NCBI GenBank assembly: GCA_965644295.1
Contig: CBFFRP010000378.1
Span: 248,001-312,000 of the forward strand
Length of the DNA: 64,000 bases
Direction of reading: 5' to 3'
Origin: Paraphysomonas bandaiensis
Lineage: Eukaryota; Protista; Chrysophyceae
Within the stretch, counting starts at the first letter, position 1. The number at the start of each line of letters is the position of its first letter. Under the pieces are notes generated by a model. That model searched no databases, was not told the origin of the DNA, and saw only the letters and a program-made list of their open reading frames with translations. Position numbers and translations under genes: made by a program. Below are positions 1-14,206 of the stretch, piece by piece.

Positions 1-3000
1 GGTTCACCAGTAGGAAGCCCTGTCGGTTGTCCTGTTGGTTGTCCGGTCGGCTGTCCCGTTGGTTGACCTGTTGGCTGCCCTGTCGGCTGACCAGTAGGCT
101 GTCCTGAAGGCAAACCCGTCGGCTGACCGGTAGGTTGTCCTGTCGGCTGGCCCGTTGGTTCACCAGTAGGCAGACCAGTAGGCTGACCGGTAGGTTGTCC
201 TGTCGGATGTCCTGTTGGTTGTCCAGTTGGTTCACCAGTAGGAAGCCCTGTCGGTTGTCCTGTTGGTTGTCCGGTCGGCTGTCCCGTTGGTTGACCTGTT
301 GGCTGCCCTGTCGGCTGACCAGTAGGCTGTCCTGAAGGCAAACCCGTCGGCTGACCAGTAGGTTGTCCTGTAGGTAGTCCTGTTGGTTGACCTGTTGGCT
401 GCCCTGTCGGCTGTCCAGTAGGCAGACCAGTAGGCTGTCCTGTTGGTTGTCCTGTTGGTACACCCGTCGGCTGACCCGTTGGCACACCCGTCGGCTGACC
501 AGTAGGTTGTCCGGTTGGCTGTCCCGATGGCACACCCGTCGGCTGACCAGTAGGTTGTCCTGTAGGTAGTCCCGTTGGTTGACCTGTTGGCTGCCCTGTC
601 GGCTGACCAGTAGGTTGTCCTGTTGGCTGACCCGTAGGTTCACCAGTAGGCAGACCAGTAGGTTGTCCTGTTGGTACACCCGTCGGCTGACCAGTAGGTT
701 GCCCGGTTGGTTGTCCTGTTGGTACACCCGTCGGCTGACCAGTAGGCTGACCAGTAGGCAGTCCTGTTGGTTGCCCTGTTGGCTGTCCCGTCGGCTCACC
801 AGTAGGTTGTCCGGTAGGTTGCCCAGTAGGTTGTCCAGTTGGTTCACCAGTAGGTAGACCAGTAGGCTGTCCCGTTGGTACACCCGTCGGCTGACCAGTC
901 GGCTGACCGGTAGGTTGTCCAGTTGGTTGCCCTGTAGGAAGCCCTGTCGGTTGTCCGGTTGGCTGCCCAGTTGGTTGACCAGAAGGTTGTCCTGTAGGTA
1001 GTCCTGTTGGTTGTCCAGTTGGCTGACCTGTCGGCTGACCAGTAGGTTGTCCTGTCGGCTGTCCTGTTGGTACACCCGTCGGCTGACCAGTAGGTTGTCC
1101 GGTTGGTTGTCCTGTAGGCTGTCCAGTTGGCTGACCAGTCGGCTGACCAGTAGGTTGTCCGGTTGGTTGTCCTGTTGGCTGACCAGTAGGTTGTCCGGTT
1201 GGTTGCCCAGTAGGCTGTCCCGTTGGCACACCTGTCGGCTGACCGGTAGGCTGCCCTGTAGGTTGTCCGGTTGGCTGACCTGTCGGCTGACCAGTAGGTT
1301 GTCCTGTCGGCTGACCCGTTGGTTCACCAGTAGGCAGACCCGTAGGTTGACCGGTTGGTTGTCCTGTAGGTTGTCCTGTTGGCTGACCAGTAGGTTGTCC
1401 TGTTGGCTGACCTGTCGGCTGACCCGTTGGTTCACCAGTAGGCAGACCAGTAGGTTGTCCTGTTGGCTGACCTGTCGGCTGACCAGTAGGTTGTCCTGTC
1501 GGCTGACCCGTTGGTTCACCAGTAGGCAGACCAGTAGGTTGTCCTGTCGGCTGACCCGTTGGTTTACCAGTAGGCAGACCCGTAGGTTGACCGGTTGGTT
1601 GTCCTGTAGGTTGTCCAGTTGGCTGACCAGTAGGTTGTCCTGTTGGTTGCCCTGTCGGCTGACCAGTAGGTTGTCCTGTCGGCTGACCCGTTGGTTCACC
1701 AGTAGGCAGACCAGTAGGTTGTCCGGTTGGTTGTCCTGTAGGTTGTCCAGTTGGCTGACCAGTAGGTTGTCCGGTTGGTTGCCCAGTAGGCTGTCCCGTT
1801 GGTACACCCGTCGGCTGACCAGTCGGCTGACCGGTAGGTTGTCCAGTTGGTTGCCCTGTAGGAAGCCCTGTCGGTTGTCCGGTTGGCTGCCCAGTTGGTT
1901 GACCAGAAGGTTGTCCTGTAGGTAGTCCTGTTGGTTGTCCAGTTGGCTGACCTGTCGGCTGACCAGTAGGTTGTCCTGTCGGCTGTCCTGTTGGTACACC
2001 CGTCGGCTGACCAGTAGGTTGTCCGGTTGGTTGTCCTGTAGGCTGTCCAGTTGGCTGACCAGTCGGCTGACCAGTAGGTTGTCCGGTTGGTTGTCCTGTT
2101 GGCTGACCAGTAGGTTGTCCGGTTGGTTGCCCAGTAGGCTGTCCCGTTGGCACACCTGTCGGCTGACCGGTAGGCTGCCCTGTAGGTTGTCCGGTTGGCT
2201 GACCTGTCGGCTGACCAGTAGGTTGTCCTGTCGGCTGACCCGTTGGTTCACCAGTAGGCAGACCCGTAGGTTGACCGGTTGGTTGTCCTGTAGGTTGTCC
2301 AGTTGGCTGACCAGTAGGTTGTCCTGTTGGCTGACCTGTCGGCTGACCAGTAGGTTGTCCTGTCGGCTGACCCGTTGGTTCACCAGTAGGCTGACCAGTA
2401 GGTTGTCCTGTTGGCTGACCTGTCGGCTGACCAGTAGGTTGTCCTGTCGGCTGACCCGTTGGTTCACCAGTAGGCAGACCAGTAGGTTGTCCTGTCGGCT
2501 GACCCGTTGGTTCACCAGTAGGCAGACCCGTAGGTTGACCGGTTGGTTGTCCTGTAGGTTGTCCAGTTGGCTGACCAGTAGGTTGTCCTGTTGGTTGCCC
2601 TGTCGGCTGACCAGTAGGTTGTCCTGTCGGCTGACCCGTTGGTTCACCAGTAGGCAGACCAGTAGGTTGTCCGGTTGGTTGTCCTGTAGGTTGTCCAGTT
2701 GGCTGACCAGTAGGTTGTCCGGTTGGTTGCCCAGTAGGCTGTCCCGTTGGCACACCTGTCGGCTGACCGGTAGGCTGCCCTGTAGGTTGTCCGGTTGGCT
2801 GACCTGTCGGCTGACCAGTAGGTTGTCCTGTCGGCTGACCCGTTGGTTCACCAGTAGGCAGACCCGTAGGTTGACCGGTTGGTTGTCCTGTAGGTTGTCC
2901 AGTTGGCTGACCAGTAGGTTGTCCTGTTGGCTGACCTGTCGGCTGACCAGTAGGTTGTCCTGTCGGCTGACCCGTTGGTTCACCAGTAGGCAGACCAGTA

Positions 3001-6000
3001 GGTTGTCCGGTTGGTTGTCCTGTAGGTTGTCCAGTTGGCTGACCAGTAGGTAGTCCTGTTGGTTGCCCTGTGGGCTGTCCCGTTGGCACACCTGACGGCT
3101 GACCAGTAGGTTGTCCTGTAGGCTGACCCGTTGGTTGTCCAGTTGGCTGACCAGTCGGCTGACCAGTAGGTTGTCCTGTTGGTTGCCCTGTAGGAAGCCC
3201 TGTCGGTTGTCCGGTTGGCTGCCCAGTTGGTTGACCAGTAGGTTGTCCGGTTGGTTGTCCTGTCGGTTGACCTGTTGGCTGACCTGTCGGCTGCCCAGTA
3301 GGTTGTCCTGTTGGTTGTCCTGTAGGTTGTCCAGTTGGCTGACCAGTCGGCTGACCAGTAGGTTGTCCGGTTGGTTGTCCTGTAGGTTGTCCAGTTGGCT
3401 GACCAGTCGGCTGACCAGTAGGTTGTCCGGTTGGTTGCCCAGTAGGCTGTCCCGTTGGCACACCTGTCGGCTGACCGGTAGGCTGCCCAGTAGGTTGTCC
3501 TGTTGGCTGACCTGTCGGCTGACCAGTAGGTTGTCCTGTCGGCTGACCCGTTGGTTCACCAGTAGGCAGACCCGTAGGTTGACCGGTTGGTTGTCCTGTA
3601 GGTTGTCCAGTTGGCTGACCAGTAGGTTGTCCTGTTGGCTGACCTGTCGGCTGACCAGTAGGTTGTCCGGTTGGTTCTCCTGTTGGTTGTCCAGTTGGCT
3701 GACCAGTCGGCTGACCAGTAGGTTGTCCTGTTGGTTGCCCTGTAGGAAGCCCTGTCGGATGTCCGGTTGGCTGCCCAGTTGGTTGACCAGTAGGTTGTCC
3801 TGTAGGTTGTCCTGTCGGTTGACCTGTTGGCTGACCTGTCGGCTGCCCAGTAGGTTGTCCTGTCGGCTGGCCCGTTGGTCCACCAGTAGGTAGACCGGTC
3901 GGCTGTCCTGTTGGTACACCCGTCGGCTGACCAGTAGGTTGTCCGGTTGGTTGTCCTGTAGGTTGTCCAGTTGGCTGACCAGTCGGCTGACCAGTAGGTA
4001 GTCCTGTTGGTTGCCCAGTAGGATGTCCCGTTGGCAAACCCGTCGGCTGACCGGTAGGCTGCCCAGTAGGTTGTCCAGTAGGTAGTCCTGTTGGCTGCCC
4101 TGTCGGCTGACCAGTAGGTTGTCCTGTAGGCTGACCCGTTGGTTCACCTGTAGGCAGACCAGTTGGTTGTCCGGTTGGTTGTCCTGTAGGTTGTCCAGTT
4201 GGCTGACCAGTAGGTAGTCCTGTTGGTTGCCCTGTGGGCTGTCCCGTTGGCACACCTGACGGCTGACCAGTAGGTTGTCCTGTTGGCTGACCTGTCGGCT
4301 GACCAGTAGGTTGTCCGGTTGGGTCTCCTGTTGGTTGTCCAGTTGGCTGACCAGTCGGCTGACCAGTAGGTTGTCCTGTTGGTTGCCCTGTAGGAAGCCC
4401 TGTCGGTTGTCCGGTTGGCTGCCCAGTTGGTTGACCAGAAGGTTGTCCTGTAGGTAGTCCTGTCGGCTGTCCTGTTGGTACACCCGTCGGCTGACCAGTA
4501 GGTTGTCCTGTCGGCTGACCCGTTGGTTCACCAGTAGGCAGACCAGTAGGCTGTCCAGTAGGTTGACCTGTAGGCAGACTAGTTGGCTGACCAGTTGGTT
4601 CTCCGGTCGGCTGACCTGAAGGCAAACTAGTGGGTTGACCTGTAGGCTGTCCTGTCGGCCGACCTGTAGGTATACCAGTGGGCTGTCCTGTCGGCTGACC
4701 TGAAGGTTGTCCTGTTGGCTGCCCAGTAGGCACACTGGTAGGCTGTCCTGTAGGTTGACCTGTAGGTTGTCCAGTAGGTTGTCCTGTTGGCTGCCCAGTA
4801 GGCACACTGGTAGGCTGTCCTGTTGGTTGACCTGAAGGCTGACCTGTAGGCAGACTAGTTGGCTGACCAGTTGGTTCTCCGGTCGGCTGACCTGAAGGCA
4901 AACTAGTGGGTTGACCTGTAGGTTGTCCTGTCGGCTGACCTGTAGGCAGACTAGTTGGCTGACCAGTTGGTTCTCCGGTCGGCTGACCTGTAGGCAGACT
5001 AGTTGGCTGACCAGTTGGTTCTCCGGTCGGCTGACCTGAAGGCAAACTAGTGGGTTGACCTGTAGGCTGTCCTGTCGGCTGACCTGTAGGTATACCAGTG
5101 GGCTGTCCTGTCGGCTGACCTGAAGGTTGTCCAGTAGGTTGTCCTGTTGGCTGCCCAGTAGGCACACTGGTAGGCTGTCCTGTAGGTTGACCTGAAGGCT
5201 GACCTGTAGGCAGACTAGTTGGCTGACCAGTTGGTTCTCCGGTCGGCTGACCTGAAGGCAAACTAGTGGGTTGACCTGTAGGTTGTCCTGTCGGCTGACC
5301 TGTAGGCAGACTAGTTGGCTGACCAGTTGGTTCTCCGGTCGGCTGACCCGTAGGAAGACTAGTTGGCTGACCTGTTGGTTCTCCGGTCGGCTGACCTGAA
5401 GGCAAACTAGTGGGTTGACCTGTAGGTTGTCCTGTCGGCTGACCTGTAGGCAGACTAGTTGGCTGACCAGTTGGTTCTCCGGTCGGCTGACCTGTAGGCA
5501 GACTAGTTGGCTGACCAGTTGGTTCTCCGGTCGGCTGACCTGAAGGCAAACTAGTGGGTTGACCTGTAGGCTGTCCTGTCGGCTGACCTGTAGGTATACC
5601 AGTGGGCTGTCCTGTCGGCTGACCTGAAGGTTGTCCAGTAGGTTGTCCTGTTGGCTGCCCAGTAGGCACACTGGTAGGCTGTCCTGTAGGTTGACCTGAA
5701 GGCTGACCTGTAGGCAGACTAGTTGGCTGACCAGTTGGTTCTCCGGTCGGCTGACCTGAAGGCAAACTAGTGGGTTGACCTGTAGGTTGTCCTGTCGGCT
5801 GACCTGTAGGCAGACTAGTTGGCTGACCAGTTGGTTCTCCGGTCGGCTGACCTGTAGGTAGACTAGTTGGCTGACCAGTTGGTTCTCCGGTCGGCTGACC
5901 TGAAGGCAAACTAGTGGGTTGACCTGTAGGTAGACTAGTGGGTTCGCTTGTAGGTTGTCCTGTTGGTTGCCCAGTCGGCTGACCAGTTGGTAGACCTGTA

Positions 6001-9000
6001 GGCAGACTGGTAGGTTGTCCAGTAGGTTTTCCTGTAGGCTGACCTGTTGGTATACAAGTGGGCTGACCCGTAGGCAGACTAGTGGGCTGTCCAGTAGGTT
6101 GTCCTGTTGGTTGCCCAGTTGGTTGCCCAGTAGGTTGTCCTGTTGGTAAACCTGTAGGCAGACTGGTAGGCTGTCCTGTAGGCTGACCAGTAGGTTCTCC
6201 AGTCGGCTGACCTGAAGGCAAACTAGTGGGTTGTCCTGTAGGTTGTCCAGATGGTTGACTAGTCGGCTGACCTGAAGGCAAACTAGTGGGTTGACCTGTT
6301 GGTTGACCTGTTGGTTGTCCTGTCGGTTGGACTGTTGGTAAACCAGTGGGCTGACCCGTAGGAAGACTAGTAGGTTGACCAGTAGGTTCTCCGGTCGGCT
6401 GACCTGTAGGTACACTAGTGGGTTCACCAGTAGGTTGTCCTGTTGGTTGACCTGTAGGTTGTCCTGTAGGCTGACCACTAGGAAGAGATGTAGGTTGACC
6501 TGTAGGTTGTCCTGTAGGCTGACCACTAGGAAGAGATGTAGGTTGACCTGTAGGCTGCCCGCTCGGCTGACCAGTAGGAACACATGTCGGTTGACCAGAA
6601 GGCTGGCCAGTCGGCTGACCAGATGGCTCACCCGTTGGAACACAAGTTGGTTGACCTGATGGAACAGACGTAGGTTGACCTGTAGGTTGTCCTGTAGGCT
6701 GACCAGATGGTTCACCGGTTGGTACACATGTTGGTTGACCAGAAGGCTGGCCAGTCGGCTGACCAGATGGTTCACCCGTTGGAACACAAGTTGGTTGACC
6801 TGATGGAACAGACGTAGGTTGACCTGTAGGTTGTCCTGTAGGCTGACCAGATGGTTCACCCGTTGGAACACAAGTTGGTTGACCTGTAGGCTGTCCTGTA
6901 GGCTGCCCGCTCGGCTGACCAGTAGGAACACATGTCGGTTGACCAGAAGGCTGACCAGTCGGCTGACCAGATGGTTCACCCGTTGGAACACAAGTTGGTT
7001 GACCTGATGGAACAGACGTAGGTTGACCTGTAGGCTGTCCTGTAGGCTGACCAGATGGTTCACCCGTTGGTACACAAGTTGGTTGACCTGTAGGCTGTCC
7101 TGTAGGCTGCCCGCTCGGCTGACCAGTAGGAACACATGTCGGTTGACCAGAAGGCTGGCCAGTCGGCTGACCAGATGGTTCACCCGTTGGAACACAAGTT
7201 GGTTGACCTGATGGAACAGACGTAGGTTGACCTGTAGGTTGTCCTGTGGGCTGACCAGATGGTTCACCCGTTGGTACACAAGTTGGTTGACCTGTAGGCT
7301 GTCCTGTAGGCTGCCCGCTCGGCTGACCAGTAGGAACACATGTTGGTTGACCAGAAGGCTGGCCAGTCGGCTGACCAGATGGTTCACCCGTTGGAACACA
7401 AGTTGGTTGACCTGATGGAACAGACGTAGGTTGACCTGTAGGTTGTCCTGTGGGCTGACCAGATGGTTCACCAGTTGGTACACAAGTTGGTTGACCAGAA
7501 GGCTGGCCAGTCGGCTGACCAGATGGTTCGCCCGTTGGAACACAAGTTGGTTGACCTGATGGAACAGACGTAGGTTGACCTGTAGGTTGTCCTGTGGGCT
7601 GACCAGATGGTTCACCCGTTGGTACACAAGTTGGTTGACCTGTAGGCTGTCCTGTAGGCTGCCCGCTCGGCTGACCAGTAGGAACACATGTCGGTTGACC
7701 AGAAGGCTGGCCAGTCGGCTGACCAGATGGTTCACACGTTGGTACACAAGTTGGTTGACCTGATGGAACAGACGTAGGTTGACCTGTAGGCTGTCCTGTA
7801 GGCTGCCCGCTCGGCTGACCAGTAGGAACACATGTCGGTTGACCAGAAGGCTGGCCAGTCGGCTGACCAGATGGTTCACCCGTTGGAACACAAGTTGGTT
7901 GACCTGATGGAACAGACGTAGGTTGACCTGTAGGTTGTCCTGTAGGCTGACCAGATGGTTCACCCGTTGGTACACAAGTTGGTTGACCTGTAGGCTGTCC
8001 TGTAGGCTGCCCGCTCGGCTGACCAGTAGGAACACATGTCGGTTGACCAGAAGGCTGGCCAGTCGGCTGACCAGATGGTTCACCCGTTGGAACACAAGTT
8101 GGTTGACCTGATGGAACAGACGTAGGTTGACCTGTAGGTTGTCCTGTAGGCTGACCAGATGGTTCACCCGTTGGTACACAAGTTGGTTGACCTGTAGGCT
8201 GTCCTGTAGGCTGCCCGCTCGGCTGACCAGTAGGAACACAGGTCGGTTGACCAGAAGGCTGACCAGTCGGCTGACCAGATGGTTCACCCGTTGGAACACA
8301 AGTTGGTTGACCTGATGGAACAGACGTAGGTTGACCTGTAGGTTGTCCTGTAGGCTGACCAGATGGTTCACCCGTTGGTACACAAGTTGGTTGACCTGTA
8401 GGCTGTCCTGTAGGCTGCCCGCTCGGCTGACCAGTAGGAACACATGTCGGTTGACCAGAAGGCTGGCCAGTCGGCTGACCAGATGGTTCACCCGTTGGAA
8501 CACAAGTTGGTTGACCTGATGGAACAGACGTAGGTTGACCTGTAGGTTGTCCTGTAGGCTGACCAGATGGTTCACCCGTTGGTACACAAGTTGGTTGACC
8601 TGTAGGCTGTCCTGTAGGCTGCCCGCTCGGCTGACCAGTAGGAACACAGGTCGGTTGACCAGAAGGCTGGCCAGTCGGCTGACCAGATGGTTCACCCGTT
8701 GGAACACAAGTTGGTTGACCTGATGGAACAGACGTAGGTTGACCTGTAGGTTGTCCTGTAGGCTGACCAGATGGTTCACCCGTTGGTACACAAGTTGGTT
8801 GACCTGTAGGCTGTCCTGTAGGCTGCCCGCTCGGCTGACCAGTAGGAACACATGTCGGTTGACCAGAAGGCTGGCCAGTCGGCTGACCAGATGGTTCACC
8901 CGTTGGAACACAAGTTGGTTGACCTGATGGAACAGACGTAGGTTGACCTGTAGGTTGTCCTGTAGGCTGACCAGATGGTTCACCCGTTGGTACACAAGTT

Positions 9001-12000
9001 GGTTGACCTGTAGGCTGTCCTGTAGGCTGCCCGCTCGGCTGACCAGTAGGAACACATGTCGGTTGACCAGAAGGCTGGCCAGTCGGCTGACCAGATGGTT
9101 CACCCGTTGGAACACAAGTTGGTTGACCTGATGGCACAGACGTAGGTTGACCTGTAGGTTGTCCTGTGGGCTGACCAGATGGTTCACCCGTTGGTACACA
9201 AGTTGGTTGACCTGTAGGCTGTCCTGTAGGCTGCCCGCTCGGCTGACCAGTAGGAACACATGTCGGTTGACCAGAAGGCTGGCCAGTCGGCTGACCAGAT
9301 GGTTCACCCGTTGGAACACAAGTTGGTTGACCTGATGGCTGTCCTGTAGGCTGCCCGCTCGGCTGACCAGTAGGAACACATGTTGGTTGACCAGAAGGCT
9401 GGCCAGTCGGCTGACCAGATGGTTCACCCGTTGGAACACAAGTTGGTTGACCTGATGGAACAGACGTAGGTTGACCTGTAGGCTGTCCTGTGGGCTGACC
9501 AGATGGTTCACCCGTTGGTACACAAGTTGGTTGACCTGTAGGCTGTCCTGTAGGCTGCCCGCTCGGCTGACCAGTAGGAACACATGTCGGTTGACCAGAA
9601 GGCTGGCCAGTCGGCTGACCAGATGGTTCACCCGTTGGAACACAAGTTGGTTGACCTGATGGAACAGACGTAGGTTGACCTGTAGGTTGTCCTGTAGGCT
9701 GACCAGATGGTTCACCCGTTGGAACACAAGTTGGTTGACCTGATGGTTGTCCTGTAGGCTGCCCGCTCGGCTGACCAGTAGGAACACATGTCGGTTGACC
9801 TGTAGGCTGACTAGTCGGCTGACCAGATGGTTCACCCGTTGGAACACAAGTTGGTTGACCTGATGGAACAGACGTAGGTTGACCTGTAGGTTGTCCTGTG
9901 GGCTGACCAGATGGTTCACCCGTTGGTACACAAGTTGGTTGACCTGTAGGCTGTCCTGTAGGCTGCCCGCTCGGCTGACCAGTAGGAACACATGTCGGTT
10001 GACCAGAAGGCTGGCCAGTCGGCTGACCAGATGGTTCACCCGTTGGAACACAAGTTGGTTGACCTGATGGAACAGACGTAGGTTGACCTGTAGGTTGTCC
10101 TGTAGGCTGACCAGATGGTTCACCCGTTGGAACACAAGTTGGTTGACCTGATGGTTGTCCTGTAGGCTGCCCGCTCGGCTGACCAGTAGGAACACATGTC
10201 GGTTGACCTGTAGGCTGACTAGTCGGCTGACCAGATGGTTCACCCGTTGGAACACAAGTTGGTTGACCTGATGGAACAGACGTAGGTTGACCTGTAGGTT
10301 GTCCTGTGGGCTGACCAGATGGTTCACCCGTTGGTACACAAGTTGGTTGACCTGTAGGCTGTCCTGTAGGCTGCCCGCTCGGCTGACCAGTAGGAACACA
10401 TGTCGGTTGACCAGAAGGCTGGCCAGTCGGCTGACCAGATGGTTCACCCGTTGGAACACAAGTTGGTTGACCTGATGGAACAGACGTAGGTTGACCTGTA
10501 GGTTGTCCTGTGGGCTGACCAGATGGTTCACCCGTTGGTACACAAGTTGGTTGACCTGACGGTTGTCCTGTAGGCTGCCCGCTCGGCTGACCAGTAGGAA
10601 CACATGTCGGTTGACCAGAAGGCTGGCCAGTCGGCTGACCAGATGGTTCACCCGTTGGAACACAAGTTGGTTGACCTGATGGAACAGACGTAGGTTGACC
10701 TGTAGGTTGTCCTGTGGGCTGACCAGATGGTTCACCTGTTGGTACACAAGTTGGTTGACCTGATGGCTGTCCTGTAGGCTGCCCGCTCGGCTGACCAGTA
10801 GGAACACATGTCGGTTGACCAGAAGGCTGGCCAGTCGGCTGACCAGATGGTTCACCCGTTGGAACACAAGTTGGTTGACCTGATGGAACAGACGTAGGTT
10901 GACCTGTAGGTTGTCCTGTAGGCTGACCAGATGGTTCACCTGTTGGTACACAAGTTGGTTGACCTGTAGGCTGTCCTGTAGGCTGCCCGCTCGGCTGACC
11001 AGTAGGAACACAGGTCGGTTGACCAGAAGGCTGGCCAGTCGGCTGACCAGATGGTTCACCCGTTGGAACACAAGTTGGTTGACCTGATGGAACAGACGTA
11101 GGTTGACCTGTAGGTTGTCCTGTGGGCTGACCAGATGGTTCACCCGTTGGTACACAAGTTGGTTGACCTGTAGGCTGTCCTGTAGGCTGCCCGCTCGGCT
11201 GACCAGTAGGAACACATGTCGGTTGACCAGAAGGCTGGCCAGTCGGCTGACCAGATGGTTCACCCGTTGGAACACAAGTTGGTTGACCTGATGGAACAGA
11301 CGTAGGTTGACCTGTAGGTTGTCCTGTGGGCTGACCAGATGGTTCACCTGTTGGAACACAAGTTGGTTGACCTGTAGGCTGTCCTGTAGGCTGCCCGCTC
11401 GGCTGACCAGTAGGAACACATGTCGGTTGACCAGAAGGCTGGCCAGTCGGCTGACCAGATGGTTCACCCGTTGGAACACAAGTTGGTTGACCTGATGGAA
11501 CAGACGTAGGTTGACCTGTAGGTTGTCCTGTGGGCTGACCAGATGGTTCACCCGTTGGTACACAAGTTGGTTGACCTGTAGGCTGTCCTGTAGGCTGCCC
11601 GCTCGGCTGACCAGTAGGAACACATGTCGGTTGACCAGAAGGCTGGCCAGTCGGCTGACCAGATGGTTCACCCGTTGGAACACAAGTTGGTTGACCTGAT
11701 GGAACAGACGTAGGTTGACCTGTAGGTTGTCCTGTGGGCTGACCAGATGGTTCACCTGTTGGTACACAAGTTGGTTGACCTGTAGGCTGTCCTGTAGGCT
11801 GCCCGCTCGGCTGACCAGTAGGAACACATGTCGGTTGACCAGAAGGCTGGCCAGTCGGCTGACCAGATGGTTCACCCGTTGGAACACAAGTTGGTTGACC
11901 TGATGGAACAGACGTAGGTTGACTTGTAGGTTGTCCTGTAGGCTGACCAGATGGTTCACCGGTTGGTACACAAGTTGGTTGACCAGAAGGCTGGCCAGTC

Positions 12001-12120
12001 GGCTGACCAGATGGTTCACCCGTTGGAACACAAGTTGGTTGACCTGACGGCTGTCCTGTAGGCTGCCCGCTCGGCTGACCAGTAGGAACACATGTCGGTT
12101 GACCACTAGGTACAGTTGTT
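1..12120. repeat. 12-bp coding tandem repeat with higher-order structure (204-bp units at ~6540-12110; ~924-bp duplication near 1011/1935)
   Basis: Shadow ORFs recur every 204 nt (e.g. 7923, 8127, 8331, 8535, 8739); the shadow ORFs at 1011 and 1935 begin identically. Confidence 0.95.
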
Positions 12121-12197
12121 GGGGCTGAGGTCGGATGTACAAATAGCAATGTTGTATGCAGGAGTATACAGTGCAATAACACAGTCGCGATTTTCAT
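1..12197 (-). CDS. Giant secreted mucin-like Pro/Thr/Gly/Gln tetrapeptide-repeat protein (5' part; runs off the window's left end, >4,065 aa)
   Basis: ATG at 12197 reads [45 protein letters not shown]..., a hydrophobic signal-peptide-like start followed by P-T/S-G/S/C-Q/E/V/L repeats. The 12-nt phase is unbroken (every 60-nt line from 1 to 12121 starts with gg, the Pro codon on the - strand). No stop seen; missing from the ORF track because the stop lies outside the window. Confidence 0.9.
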   Translation of the reverse strand, partial: MKIATVLLHCILLHTTLLFVHPTSAPTTVPSGQPTCVPTGQPSGQPTGQPSGQPTCVPTGEPSGQPTGQPSGQPTCVPTGEPSGQPTGQPTSQPTSVPSGQPTCVPTGEPSGQPTGQPSGQPTCVPTGQPSGQPTGQPTGQPTCVPTGEPSGQPTGQPTGQPTSVPSGQPTCVPTGEPSGQPTGQPSGQPTCVPTGQPSGQPTGQPTGQPTCVPTGEPSGQPTGQPTGQPTSVPSGQPTCVPTGEPSGQPTGQPSGQPTCVPTGQPSGQPTGQPTGQPTCVPTGEPSGQPTGQPTGQPTSVPSGQPTCVPTGEPSGQPTGQPSGQPTCVPTGQPSGQPTGQPTGQPTCVPTGEPSGQPTGQPTGQPTSVPSGQPTCVPTGEPSGQPTGQPSGQPTCVPTGQPSGQPTGQPTGQPTCVPTGEPSGQPTGQPTGQPTSVPSGQPTCVPTGEPSGQPTGQPSGQPTCVPTGQPSGQPTGQPSGQPTCVPTGEPSGQPTGQPTGQPTSVPSGQPTCVPTGEPSGQPTGQPSGQPTCVPTGQPSGQPTGQPSGQPTCVPTGEPSGQPTGQPTGQPTSVPSGQPTCVPTGEPSGQPTGQPSGQPTCVPTGQPSGQPTGQPTGQPTCVPTGEPSGQPTGQPTGQPTSVPSGQPTCVPTGEPSGQPTSQPTGQPTCVPTGQPSGQPTGQPSGQPTCVPTGEPSGQPTGQPTGQPTSVPSGQPTCVPTGEPSGQPTGQPSGQPTCVPTGQPSGQPTGQPTGQPTCVPTGEPSGQPTGQPTGQPTSVPSGQPTCVPTGEPSGQPTSQPTGQPTCVPTGQPSGQPTGQPSGQPTCVPTGEPSGQPTGQPTGQPTSVPSGQPTCVPTGEPSGQPTGQPSGQPTCVPTGQPSGQPTGQPTGQPTCVPTGEPSGQPTGQPTGQPTSVPSGQPTCVPTGEPSGQPTGQPSGQPTCVPTGQPSGQPTGQPSGQPTCVPTGEPSGQPTGQPSGQPTCVPTGQPSGQPTGQPTGQPTCVPTGEPSGQPTGQPTGQPTSVPSGQPTCVPTGEPSGQPTGQPSGQPTCVPTGQPSGQPTGQPTGQPTCVPTGEPSGQPTGQPTGQPTSVPSGQPTCVPTGEPSGQPTGQPSGQPTCVPTGQPSGQPTGQPTGQPTCVPTGEPSGQPTGQPTGQPTSVPSGQPTCVPTGEPSGQPTGQPSGQPTCVPTGQPSGQPTGQPTGQPTCVPTGEPSGQPTGQPTGQPTSVPSGQPTCVPTGEPSGQPTGQPSGQPTCVPTGQPSGQPTGQPTGQPTCVPTGEPSGQPTGQPTGQPTSVPSGQPTCVPTGEPSGQPTGQPSGQPTCVPTGQPSGQPTGQPTGQPTCVPTGEPSGQPTGQPTGQPTSVPSGQPTCVPTGEPSGQPTGQPSGQPTCVPTGQPSGQPTGQPTGQPTCVPTGEPSGQPTGQPTGQPTSVPSGQPTCVPTGEPSGQPTGQPSGQPTCVPTGQPSGQPTGQPTGQPTSVPSGQPTCVPTCEPSGQPTGQPSGQPTCVPTGQPSGQPTGQPTGQPTCVPTGEPSGQPTGQPTGQPTSVPSGQPTCVPTGEPSGQPTGQPSGQPTCVPTGEPSGQPTGQPTGQPTSVPSGQPTCVPTGEPSGQPTGQPSGQPTCVPTGQPSGQPTGQPTGQPTCVPTGEPSGQPTGQPTGQPTSVPSGQPTCVPTGEPSGQPTGQPSGQPTCVPTGQPSGQPTGQPTGQPTCVPTGEPSGQPTGQPTGQPTSVPSGQPTCVPTGEPSGQPTGQPSGQPTCVPTGQPSGQPTGQPTGQPTCVPTGEPSGQPTGQPTGQPTSVPSGQPTCVPTGEPSGQPTGQPSGQPTCVPTGEPSGQPTGQPTGQPTSVPSGQPTCVPTGEPSGQPTGQPSGQPTCVPTGQPSGQPTGQPTSLPSGQPTGQPTGQPTSLPSGQPTGQPTGQPTGQPTGEPTSVPTGQPTGEPTGQPTSLPTGQPTGLPTVQPTGQPTGQPTGQPTSLPSGQPTSQPSGQPTGQPTSLPSGQPTGEPTGQPTGQPTSLPTGLPTGQPTGQPTGQPTGQPTGQPTSLPTGQPTCIPTGQPTGKPTGQPTSLPTGLPTGQPTGQPTGQPTSEPTSLPTGQPTSLPSGQPTGEPTGQPTSLPTGQPTGEPTGQPTSLPTGQPTGQPTGQPTSLPSGQPTGEPTGQPTSLPTGQPSGQPTGQPTSVPTGQPTGQPTGQPSGQPTGQPTGIPTGQPTGQPTGQPTSLPSGQPTGEPTGQPTSLPTGQPTGEPTGQPTSLPTGQPTGQPTGQPTSLPSGQPTGEPTGQPTSLPTGQPTGEPTGQPTSLPTGQPTGQPTGQPTSLPSGQPTGEPTGQPTSLPTGQPSGQPTGQPTSVPTGQPTGQPTGQPSGQPTGQPTGIPTGQPTGQPTGQPTSLPSGQPTGEPTGQPTSLPTGQPTGEPTGQPTSLPTGQPTGQPTGQPTSLPSGQPTGEPTGQPTSLPTGQPSGQPTGQPTSVPTGQPTGQPTGQPTGQPTGQPTSVPTGQPTGQPSGQPTGQPTGIPTGRPTGQPTGQPTSLPSGQPTGEPTGQPTSLPTGQPTGQPTGLPTGEPTGQPTGQPTGQPTGVPTGQPTGLPTGQPSGQPTGQPTGQPTGLPTGQPTGQPTGQPTGQPTGQPTGDPTGQPTGQPTGQPTGQPTGQPSGVPTGQPTGQPTGLPTGQPTGQPTGQPTGQPTGLPTGEPTGQPTGQPTGQPTGQPTGLPTGQPTGQPTGQPTGLPTGHPTGQPTGLPTGQPTGQPTGQPTGQPTGQPTGQPTGVPTGQPTGLPTGGPTGQPTGQPTGQPTGQPTGQPTGQPTGQPTGQPTGQPTGHPTGLPTGQPTGQPTGQPTGQPTGQPTGEPTGQPTGQPTGQPTGQPTGQPTGQPTGQPTGQPTGLPTGEPTGQPTGQPTGQPTGQPTGQPTGQPTGQPTGVPTGQPTGQPTGQPTGQPTGQPTGQPTGQPTGQPTGQPTGQPTGQPTGQPTGQPTGQPTGQPTGQPTGQPTGQPTGQPTGQPTGQPTGLPTGQPTGQPTGQPTGQPTGQPTGQPTGQPTGQPSGVPTGQPTGQPTGLPTGQPTGQPTGQPTGQPTGLPTGEPTGQPTGQPTGQPTGQPTGQPTGQPTGQPTGQPTGQPTGLPTGEPTGQPTGQPTGQPTGQPTGQPTGQPTGQPTGVPTGQPTGQPTGQPTGQPTGQPTGQPTGQPTGLPTGEPTGQPTGQPTGQPTGQPTGQPTGQPTGQPTGQPTGQPTGLPTGEPTGQPTGQPTGLPTGEPTGQPTGQPTGQPTGQPTGQPTGQPTGEPTGQPTGQPTGQPTGQPTGQPTGQPTGQPTGQPTGQPTGLPTGEPTGQPTGQPTGQPTGQPTGQPTGQPTGQPTGVPTGQPTGQPTGQPTGQPTGQPTGQPTGQPTGQPTGQPTGQPTGQPTGQPTGVPTGQPTGQPTGQPTGQPTGQPTGLPTGQPSGQPTGQPTGQPTGLPTGQPTGQPTGQPTGQPTGVPTGQPTGQPTGQPTGQPTGQPTGQPTGQPTGLPTGEPTGQPTGQPTGQPTGQPTGQPTGQPTGQPTGQPTGQPTGLPTGKPTGQPTGQPTGLPTGEPTGQPTGQPTGQPTGQPTGQPTGLPTGEPTGQPTGQPTGQPTGQPTGQPTGQPTGQPTGLPTGEPTGQPTGQPTGQPTGQPTGQPTGQPTGQPTGVPTGQPTGQPTGQPTGQPTGQPTGQPTGQPTGQPTGQPTGQPTGQPTGQPTGVPTGQPTGQPTGQPTGQPTGQPTGLPTGQPSGQPTGQPTGQPTGLPTGQPTGQPTGQPTGQPTGVPTGQPTGLPTGEPTGQPTGQPTGQPTGEPTGQPTGQPTGLPTGQPTGQPTGVPTGQPTGQPTGQPTGVPTGQPTGLPTGEPTGQPTGQPTGQPTGQPTGQPTGLPTGQPTGQPTGVPSGQPTGQPTGQPTGVPTGQPTGVPTGQPTGQPTGLPTGQPTGQPTGQPTGLPTGQPTGQPTGLPSGQPTGQPTGQPTGQPTGQPTGQPTGQPTGLPTGEPTGQPTGHPTGQPTGQPTGLPTGEPTGQPTGQPTGQPTGLPSGQPTGQPTGQPTGQPTGQPTGQPTGQPTGLPTGE

Positions 12198-14206
12198 GCT
12201 ATATTATTCGGAAATTGGTCAAGATATGCTACAAAACGTAATCTTTATGGCTCTCTGATTAACTTCATTCTCTAATAATCAATTCTAAAACTGTAATACA
12301 CAACTATTGTACGTATGGAATGGATATAGTTATCCAGATAATAATATTAACACAATTAATAAGAAATCTCTATAATATCGTCGTGTAGTGTCAACAGTTT
12401 AGAGTAAAATAAAGGGAATTAAGATATACCCACTTAGAGTATCAACAATATTAGAATTTAGATACACTCTTGTTTTCAGTGGTCATATATTAAAACTGTA
12501 ATGGATATAAGGATTAGTGTATAGTTTAATAGAACTAACTGTATGGGTACTTATACAATACTGAAAGTTTAGTTAAGTTTATGTTTCAGTCCACTTCCCT
12601 TCTTACGATATGTTCGTATACAGCAGTATACTGCTGTATACTGCTGGTGTTTGTATATATGTACTGCTCTGTAGATATTCACACAGTACTGTGCTGTGGA
12701 ATACTCTGTATATCATCATACGTCGTGCGGTCCGTTGATCTGTTTTTTGGGTTTTCTTCAATATAAAACAGGGGTTTCTACAGAATCAACACCATGGAAA
12801 TGGGTTTTGGGTTTTGGGACATAATCCAAACAGCAACAATTTGAACCTACGATTTAAGTGATATAGAGGCCCTATTGACATTGAGTATTGCCTGAGTGAT
12901 ATCGTTATAGTATAGTTGGGTGCAGTGAAGGATTACTATAATTGAAGTTGATATTCGTTGAAATTGAAATACACTTGCTTCAGACAAAGGCACTGTACCT
13001 TTGGGTTTAGAAAGTATTCCTTAGGAGAGGAAGTGAAAAGCTAACGCTGTCAGAAAGCTGCGAGGAGTAGCCAACAAGGTTCAAGGGTGGTTGGGGCGGT
13101 GAGAAAGTAGAACCAGCTCGTAATCTTAGTGTTTTATGCGTGGCGTAGTGGATCCTGGACAAAAGGAACACTCGGAATGGAGAATGGTGATTACTAGTAA
13201 AGGATAATTCACTTGTCAACGTTTTAATAGAATCCAAAGCTAAAATCTTTTTGAGCTCCAATGTGTTGTTATGGTATTGCTACTATTTACACCATAACCT
13301 TCTCTCGTAAACGTTAGATTGAAATCATAAAAGTGCATATATCTACATCATCTTGACGAATGGCAAGGCTAATTGAGTTATGGAACCACTTGCTGAAGCT
13401 TTTCAAAGCAGTGTTAGAAAAATATTTTATTTCAAAGATCTACATATTTTATATTTACCTCATAAACTCAAGTGCTGGTTATATGTCATATGTCTATATA
13501 ATCTCTTGCTGTTAACTCGCAGTAGTGTTATAATTTAAATAAATAAACTCTAACTGCAACCTACTTCGCTTTGATGGTACTCATATGAGAGATATTGTAC
13601 AGTAATGTAATAGACTTGCTTATTGCCTGGCTGGTTGAAAATTGAAAAAAGCTACTTGTTATTTCTTTCGTGAGCATTATTTTGGGTAGGTCAGAGCTTT
13701 CGCAAGTTCATGGTGAATGAACGGAGAGTGCTTCAAACCAAAGATGTGGTGCGTGTACTAAGTATAAAGCAACTCTTACTAGTAATATTATAAGAGCTGA
13801 GAAGATTTTCAAAATTCAGATAATGACGAAGAATTCATTACCAAAATGAATGCTAGCACGCATACGTAGAGTATCATACAACGAAGATACTTTATCTCCA
13901 CTACTTATGTTGTATTGTAAGAGATTCAATTTTAAGTACTACGCGACAATCACAGCGTCAGGTCGTACAAAGTGTCGTGTGTATTGTCGGATCGAGGATA
14001 CTTCTACTGCTGAAGCCACTTTGCAGAAAAGTGAATAATAGCAGCTTATAAAACTGAGCTACAAACGTACTATCCGCGGCTTCAATCAAACTAGAAATTA
14101 CCAGATCTAGTGGTAATAGAAAACAAAGGGAGTACCAACAACAAAACGACTGCGAGCTTTCTCCAAAGTAAGCAACCCAAGTTAGACTTATTAGTTACAC
14201 AGTAAT

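Noticed and set aside
135-11903. Dozens of + strand 'SCRLTSRL' ORFs
   Set aside because: Antisense shadows of the - strand PTGQ-repeat gene.
6540-12110. Regular repeat array as a possible CRISPR
   Set aside because: No unique spacers, coding 12-nt periodicity, eukaryotic context, no cas genes.
12960-14060. Short ORFs and coding-looking sequence between the mucin gene and RPL38
   Set aside because: Stops in all frames examined and no recognisable motif; possibly decayed, cannot be assigned.
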